DNA of 64,000 bases from a virus. The DNA is taken from IMG/VR virus record IMGVR_UViG_3300042324_002009, positions 17,709 to 81,708 of that record; one strand, given 5' to 3'. Positions 52,068-61,000 of this stretch are shown piece after piece. A model generated the notes under the pieces. That model was not told where the DNA came from and searched no databases. It worked only from the letters and a program-made list of their open reading frames with translations. Both the position numbers and the translations under genes were made by a program. Numbering within the stretch: the stretch's first letter is position 1; every line of letters begins with the position of its first letter.

Positions 52068-55000
52068 ATGTCATATAAAATAACTTCGCCAGGTGGTGTT
52101 GAACTTAACGATAGTAGTGCAAATCCAAAGCTAGGATTACTAATTCCAACCATTGACGATATTACCAATGCAAGTGGATCAGCTAAAGAAGGTTCTGTAA
52201 TCTATAATAAATTAGATAATAATATTTATAGGTTTACTGGTGCAGCCTGGGAGTCAGCTGCTGGTAGTTCAGGCACAAGCGGTACATCTGGTTCAAGCGG
52301 AACTGCTGGTACTTCAGGTTCTAGTGCAATTGATGGTATTTCAAATGAGTCGTTTAATTCTTCATTAGTTACTGCATTTACTAATACCACTAATGATAGC
52401 GAAGTTATTACAATTGTAAATCAATTAAGTACTAAAATTGTTATTGGTGGATATTTTACAACTTTTAAAGGTGCTACCCGAAAGAGTTTAGTTAGATTAA
52501 ATATTGACGGTTCTGAAGATATTGGATTTTATTCAAATTTAGGTACAGGTTTTAGTGCTGGAACTTATGTTGAAACAGTTAGTGTTCAAGCGGATGAAAA
52601 ACTTATAATAGGTGGAGACTTTACCACATTTAATACTAATACCCGAAACCGCTTAATCCGATTAAATTCAAATGGTACAGAAGATACTGCATTCTATACA
52701 AACTTAGGTTTGGGATTTAATGGAACAGTTATTCAATCCGCTGTTCAAGCCGATGGAAAGATTTTAGTAGGTGGAGTATTTACCACATTTGATGGAAATA
52801 CCCGAAACCGCTTAATCCGATTAAATTCAGATGGTACAGAAGATACTGCATTCTATACAAACTTAGGCTCAGGTATTACTTCTCAAGTTAATGCAATTAC
52901 AATTCAATCTGATAATTCTATATTAATCGGTACAGCAGCTGGCCTAATTAAATTAAACGCAAATGGAACATTAGACTCAGCATTTAATTCAAACTTAGGT
53001 TCAAATGCAGTTGATATACTTGCAATTGCGTGTCAAGCCGACGGATTAATATTAGTCGGCGGCGGATTTACTACATTTAATGGAACTACTAAAAATGGTC
53101 TAATCCGATTAAATTCAAATGGTACGGAAGATACTGCTTTTTATACTAAAATAGGAACAGGTTTTACTGGAGCATTTACCCCACTTGGATTCACAATAAA
53201 TGTTCAATCAGACGGTCGTATACTTGTAGGTGGAGGTTTTGATTCATTTAATGGAGGTACTCGTCATAAGTTAGTTAGATTATTTGCAGATGGTACAGAA
53301 GATATTAGATTCTATGCCGCATTAGGAAGCGCCGTAGGCCCAGGTTCTCCAAGTGGATCTCAAATTAATACAATTTTACTTAAGAATAATTTAATATTGG
53401 TAGGCGGAGCTTTTACTACATTAAACGGAGTTACTCTAAACAATTTATTTTCTTTATATAATAATTCAAACTTATCATCAGGGACAGTTGGTTCAAGCGG
53501 ATCTAATGGAACTAACGGTTCTTCAGGATCAAGCGGAACCTCTGGAACTTCTGGTGAATCTGGTTCTAATGGAAGCTCTGGAACTTCAGGTTCCAACGGC
53601 TCAAATGGTTCTTCGGGTACTTCAGGTTCCAACGGATCACATGGTAGCTCAGGTACTTCCGGTACTTCCGGATCAAATGGTAGCTCAGGTACTTCAGGTT
53701 CTAACGGATCTAATGGTTCAAGCGGAACTTCAGGTTCTAATGGTTCTTCAGGAACAAGTGGAACTTCAGGTTCTAACGGATCTAATGGATCAAGCGGAAC
53801 TTCAGGTTCAAGTGGTTCTAATGGTAGCTCAGGAACATCAGGTTCAAGTGGTTCTAATGGATCAAGTGGAACTTCCGGCTCAAATGGATCAAGTGGAACT
53901 TCAGGTTCTAATGGATCAAATGGAAGCTCAGGAACTTCTGGTTCTAACGGTTCTTCTGGTACGTCAGGTACATCAGGTTCTAATGGATCTTCTGGAACTT
54001 CAGGTTCTAATGGATCAAATGGAAGCTCTGGAACTTCTGGTTCTAATGGTTCAAGTGGAAGCTCTGGAACTTCTGGTTCTAATGGTTCAAGTGGAACTTC
54101 TGGTAGTTCTGGTTCAACTGGAACAAGCGGAACATCAGGTTCAAACGGTTCTTCAGGTACATCAGGTTCTAACGGTAGCTCAGGAACTTCTGGTTCTAAT
54201 GGATCTAACGGTTCTTCTGGAACATCAGGTACTTCAGGTTCTAATGGCTCTTCTGGTACTTCAGGTACTTCTGGTTCAACCGGCTCAAACGGTAGCTCAG
54301 GAACTTCAGGTTCAAATGGTTCTAATGGAAGCTCAGGAACTTCTGGAACTTCCGGCTCAAATGGTTCAAGCGGTACATCTGGTTCTAATGGAAGCTCTGG
54401 AACATCAGGTTCTAATGGCTCAAACGGTAGCTCAGGAACATCAGGTTCTAATGGCTCAAACGGTAGCTCAGGAACAAGCGGTACATCTGGTTCAAACGGT
54501 TTAAATGGAAGCTCAGGTACATCCGGATCAAATGGTTCTTCAGGAACTTCAGGTTCAAACGGTAGCTCAGGTACTTCAGGTACATCAGGTTCAAATGGTT
54601 CAAGCGGAACAAGCGGTTCAAATGGTAGCTCAGGAACATCTGGGACTAGTGGTTCTAATGGATCTTCTGGAACATCTGGTTCAAACGGTTCTTCCGGAAC
54701 TTCAGGTTCTTCTGGAACATCTGGTTCTAATGGATCAAATGGAAGCTCTGGTACATCAGGCGAATCTGGCTCAAATGGAACTTCTGGAACAAGCGGTACT
54801 TCAGGTTCAACTGGAACAAGCGGAACTTCTGGTACTTCAGGAACTTCAGGTACAAGCGGTTCAAATGGTTCTTCCGGAACTTCCGGTTCTAATGGAAGCT
54901 CTGGTACATCTGGTTCTAATGGCTCAAATGGAAGCTCTGGTACTTCAGGTTCTAATGGATCTTCTGGTACTTCAGGTTCTAATGGATCAAATGGAAGCTC

Positions 55001-58000
55001 TGGAACTTCAGGTTCAAATGGTTCTTCAGGAACTAGTGGTACTTCAGGTTCGAATGGCTCAAATGGTAGCTCAGGAACTTCTGGTTCTAATGGGTCTTCT
55101 GGTACAAGTGGTACTTCTGGAACTTCTGGTTCAAATGGTTCTTCAGGAACTTCAGGTTCTAATGGCAGTTCAGGTACTTCAGGTTCAAACGGTTCTTCCG
55201 GTACTAGCGGTACTTCTGGTTCAAATGGTTCTTCTGGAACAAGCGGTTCAAATGGTTCAAACGGATCATCCGGTACTTCAGGAACTTCAGGTTCAAACGG
55301 ATCAAATGGTAGCTCAGGTACTTCAGGTTCAAACGGTTCTAGTGGAACATCTGGTACTTCTGGGTCAGATGGAACTTCTGGAACTAGTGGTACTTCAGGT
55401 TCAAACGGCTCAAATGGTAGCTCTGGAACAAGCGGAACTTCTGGTACATCAGGTTCAAATGGTAGCTCTGGAACGAGTGGTTCAAATGGATCAAACGGTA
55501 GCTCAGGTACATCAGGTTCAAATGGTAGCTCTGGAACTTCAGGTTCTAACGGGTCAAATGGATCATCTGGAACATCTGGTTCTAATGGATCAAATGGAAG
55601 CTCTGGTACTTCAGGAACAAGCGGTTCAAATGGATCATCTGGTACTTCAGGAACTTCAGGTTCAAATGGAAGCTCTGGAACATCTGGTTCTAATGGTAGT
55701 TCAGGAACATCAGGTACATCAGGTACGTCTGGAACATCAGGTTCAAATGGCTCTTCTGGAACTTCCGGTTCTAATGGCTCAAATGGTTCTTCTGGAACTT
55801 CCGGCACAAGCGGATCAACCGGTTCTTCAGGAACAAGTGGAACATCAGGATCAAATGGATCAAGCGGTACTGCTGGTTCTTCTGGAACAAGCGGATCAAA
55901 CGGTTCTTCCGGTACTTCAGGTTCAAATGGTTCAAGTGGAACTTCCGGTACTTCAGGTTCAAACGGATCACATGGTTCTTCTGGAACTTCAGGTTCAACT
56001 GGTTCTTCTGGAACAAGTGGAACCTCTGGAACTTCAGGTTCAACTGGTTCTTCTGGAACAAGTGGAACCTCTGGTACTTCTGGTTCAACTGGAACTTCAG
56101 GAACATCAGGTTCAAACGGCAGCTCAGGAACTTCTGGAACATCAGGTTCAAACGGCAGCTCAGGAACAAGCGGTTCTTCAGGAACTTCGGGTACTTCAGG
56201 TTCTAATGGTTCTTCTGGAACATCCGGTACTTCCGGTACATCTGGTTCAAACGGATCAAGTGGTACTTCTGGTTCTAATGGATCAAATGGAAGCTCAGGA
56301 ACTAGTGGCACATCCGGTTCAAATGGCTCTAATGGAAGCTCTGGTACTTCAGGTTCTAATGGATCAAATGGTAGCTCTGGTACATCAGGTACTTCTGGAA
56401 CATCCGGCTCAAATGGTTCTAACGGAAGCTCAGGAACTTCTGGTTCAAGTGGTACCTCAGGTACTTCCGGTTCTAACGGCTCTTCTGGTACTTCAGGCTC
56501 AAACGGTTCTTCTGGAACTTCAGGGTCAAATGGATCAAACGGTTCTTCTGGTACAAGTGGAACTTCAGGTTCAAATGGAACAAGCGGAACTAGCGGTTCT
56601 AATGGTTCAAGCGGAACTTCAGGTTCTAATGGATCAAGCGGAACCTCAGGTACTTCAGGAACATCCGGTTCGAATGGTTCAAATGGATCAAGCGGTACTT
56701 CAGGTTCTAATGGATCAAATGGAAGCTCGGGAACTTCTGGTTCTAATGGAAGCTCAGGTACGTCAGGTTCTAATGGTTCAAGTGGAACATCTGGTACTTC
56801 AGGTTCAAACGGCTCAAACGGTAGCTCAGGAACTTCAGGTTCTAATGGTTCAAGTGGAACCTCAGGTACTTCAGGTTCTAACGGAACCTCAGGAACATCA
56901 GGCTCAAATGGATCTAATGGTAGTTCAGGTACATCAGGTTCAAATGGATCTAATGGAAGCTCGGGAACAAGTGGTACATCAGGAACATCCGGTACTTCAG
57001 GTTCTTCTGGAACATCAGGCACTTCCGGTTCAAACGGTTCTTCTGGAACTTCTGGTTCTAATGGATCAAACGGTAGCTCAGGTACTTCAGGTTCTAATGG
57101 CTCTTCTGGTACTTCTGGAACATCAGGTTCAACTGGTACATCAGGAACATCAGGTTCAAGTGGAACTTCTGGAACTCGTGGTACATCAGGTACGTCAGGG
57201 ACAGCCGGTTCTTCTGGAACTTCTGGCACAAGCGGATCTACTGGAACCTCAGGAACAAGTGGAATAAGCGGAGTAGATGGATCTAATGGTACATCAGGAA
57301 CCTCCGGCACCTCAGGTTCGAATGGATCTTCTGGAACAAGCGGAACATCTGGCTCTAATGGTTCTTCAGGATCAAGTGGAACCTCAGGAACATCTGGTTC
57401 AACTGGTACTTCTGGAACAAGCGGCTCAACTGGAACTTCTGGAACGTCAGGTTCTTCTGGAACGTCAGGTTCTTCTGGAACTTCTGGAACAAGTGGTACA
57501 TCAGGTTCAAACGGTTCAAGTGGAACTTCAGGTTCTAACGGCTCAAACGGTAGCTCAGGAACTTCTGGAACAAGAGGTACGTCTGGAACAAGCGGTTCTA
57601 ATGGCTCAAGCGGTACTTCTGGAACTTCAGGCTCAACTGGTACTAGTGGTACTTCAGGTTCAAATGGTTCTTCCGGTTCAAGCGGTACCTCAGGTACTTC
57701 CGGTTCTAATGGCTCTTCTGGTACTTCAGGTTCAAACGGATCAAATGGTTCTTCTGGAACTTCAGGTTCAAATGGATCAAATGGTAGTTCCGGTACATCT
57801 GGTACTTCTGGTTCTAACGGATCAAATGGTACTTCAGGCTCAAATGGTTCAAACGGTTCAAGTGGAACTTCAGGTTCTAATGGATCTTCTGGAACATCTG
57901 GTACCTCTGGTTCTAATGGTTCTTCAGGAACCTCAGGTTCAACTGGCTCAAATGGTTCAAGTGGAACATCAGGTTCAAACGGTAGCTCAGGAACTTCAGG

Positions 58001-61000
58001 TTCTAATGGATCAAATGGTTCAAGCGGAACTTCAGGTTCAAATGGTTCTTCTGGAACTTCAGGCTCAAATGGTTCTTCTGGAACTTCAGGTTCTAATGGA
58101 TCAAACGGTTCATCTGGAACTTCAGGTTCTAATGGATCAAGTGGTACATCTGGTTCAAACGGTTCTTCTGGAACTTCAGGTTCTAATGGTTCTTCTGGAA
58201 CAAGCGGAACCTCCGGTTCTAATGGTTCTTCTGGAACAAGCGGAACCTCCGGTTCTAATGGTAGTTCAGGTACTTCAGGTTCTAATGGATCTAATGGTTC
58301 TTCTGGTACTTCAGGTTCTAATGGATCAAACGGTTCATCTGGAACTTCTGGTTCTAATGGCTCAAGTGGTACATCTGGTTCAAACGGTTCTTCTGGAACT
58401 TCAGGTTCTAATGGATCAAATGGAAGCTCTGGTACTTCAGGTTCTAATGGATCAAATGGAAGCTCTGGAACTTCAGGTTCTAATGGATCAAATGGAAGCT
58501 CTGGAACTAGTGGAACCTCAGGGTCTAATGGTTCAAATGGAAGCTCTGGAACTTCAGGCTCAACTGGTACTTCAGGTACATCAGGTTCTAACGGTACTTC
58601 AGGAACTTCAGGTTCAAATGGTTCAAGCGGTACATCAGGTTTAAATGGCTCAAATGGTTCAAGTGGAACATCAGGCTCAAATGGTTCTTCTGGAACTTCA
58701 GGTTCTAATGGATCTTCTGGAACATCTGGTACCTCTGGTTCTAATGGTTCTTCTGGAACAAGCGGAACCTCCGGCTCAAATGGATCAAATGGTTCTTCTG
58801 GTACTTCTGGAACCTCAGGAACAAGCGGAACAACTGGTTCAACTGGAACAAGCGGAACTTCAGGTTCAAGTGGATCAATTGGAACAAGTGGAACTAGTGG
58901 AACTTCAGGTACATCCGGTTCAAACGGTTCTTCTGGAACTTCAGGTTCTAATGGATCAAATGGAAGCTCAGGAACTTCGGGTTCTAATGGAAGCTCAGGT
59001 ACTTCAGGTTCAAATGGATCAAACGGTTCTTCAGGAACTTCAGGTTCAAACGGCTCTAATGGAAGCTCAGGTACTTCAGGTTCAAATGGATCAAACGGTT
59101 CTTCAGGAACTTCAGGTTCAAACGGCTCTAATGGTAGCTCAGGTACGTCAGGCTCAAATGGATCTAATGGTAGCTCGGGAACTTCAGGTTCTTCTGGAAC
59201 AAGAGGTACGTCAGGTACTTCCGGTACTAGTGGAACCTCAGGTTCTAATGGTAGCTCAGGAACTAGTGGAACCTCAGGTTCAAGCGGCTCAAATGGTTCT
59301 TCTGGAACTTCTGGAACATCTGGTTCTAATGGTAGTTCAGGTACTTCTGGTACATCTGGCTCTAATGGATCAAATGGTTCTTCTGGTACTTCAGGTTCTA
59401 ATGGATCAAACGGAAGCTCAGGTACATCAGGTTCTAATGGTTCTTCTGGAACAAGCGGTAGCTTAGGAACTTCTGGAACATCAGGTTCAAGCGGCTCAAA
59501 TGGTTCTTCTGGAACTTCTGGAACATCTGGTTCTAATGGTTCTTCTGGTACTTCTGGTTCAAATGGATCAAACGGAAGCTCAGGAACATCAGGTTCTAAT
59601 GGATCGAGTGGAAGCTCAGGAACGTCAGGTTCTAATGGTTCTTCTGGAACAAGCGGTAGCTTAGGAACTTCTGGAACATCAGGTTCAAACGGCTCAAATG
59701 GTTCTTCTGGTACTTCTGGTTCAAATGGATCAAATGGTTCTTCTGGTACTTCTGGTTCAAATGGATCAAACGGAAGCTCAGGAACATCAGGTTCTAATGG
59801 ATCGAGTGGAAGCTCAGGAACGTCAGGTTCTAATGGATCAAGTGGAACTTCCGGTTCAAGTGGAACTTCTGGTTCTAATGGATCAAACGGAAGCTCAGGA
59901 ACTTCAGGTTCAAATGGTTCTTCAGGAACTTCAGGTTCAAATGGCTCAAATGGTTCAAGTGGAACTTCAGGTACTTCAGGTTCAAATGGATCAAACGGTT
60001 CAAGCGGAACATCAGGTTCAAATGGATCTAATGGATCAAGCGGAACATCCGGTACATCTGGTTCAAACGGATCAAATGGAAGCTCAGGAACTTCAGGTTC
60101 AAACGGCAGCTCTGGTACGTCAGGTACATCTGGTTCAAACGGATCAAATGGTTCTTCAGGTACTTCAGGCTCTAATGGATCTTCTGGAACTTCTGGTTCT
60201 AATGGCTCAAGCGGTACATCCGGCTCTAATGGTTCAAATGGTAGTTCAGGAACTTCAGGTTCTTCTGGAACAAGAGGTACTTCTGGTACTTCTGGTACTA
60301 GTGGAACTTCAGGAACATCAGGCTCAAACGGATCAAATGGTTCTTCTGGAACATCTGGAACTTCAGGTTCAAACGGCTCAAATGGAAGCTCTGGAACTAG
60401 TGGAACCTCAGGGTCTAATGGTTCATCTGGAACTTCTGGTTCTAATGGTTCAAGCGGTTCATCTGGTACTTCTGGAACAAGAGGTACTTCTGGAACTTCT
60501 GGTACTTCAGGTACTTCCGGTTCTAATGGTTCTTCTGGAACTTCTGGTACTTCCGGTTCTAATGGTTCTTCTGGAACAAGTGGTACGTCTGGTTCAAATG
60601 GATCAAATGGAAGCTCTGGTACCTCTGGTTCTAATGGATCAAACGGAAGCTCAGGAACTTCAGGTTCTAATGGCTCAAGTGGAACATCTGGTTCAAACGG
60701 ATCAAATGGAAGCTCTGGAACTTCTGGTACATCTGGTTCAAATGGCTCAAGCGGAAGCTCAGGAACTTCAGGCTCTAATGGAAGCTCAGGAACGTCGGGT
60801 TCAAACGGATCAAACGGTTCTTCAGGAACTTCTGGTTCAAGCGGTACATCCGGTTCTTCTGGCACAAGAGGTACTTCAGGTACTAGTGGTACCTCAGGTA
60901 CATCAGGTTCAACTGGTACTTCTGGAACAAGCGGTACTTCTGGTTCTAATGGATCAAATGGAAGCTCAGGAACTTCAGGTTCAAACGGTTCAAACGGGTC

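Noticed and set aside
43296-54838. Diversity-generating retroelement TR/VR pairs
   Set aside because: The duplicated tracts are identical rather than adenine-specifically mutated, and no reverse transcriptase is present in the window.
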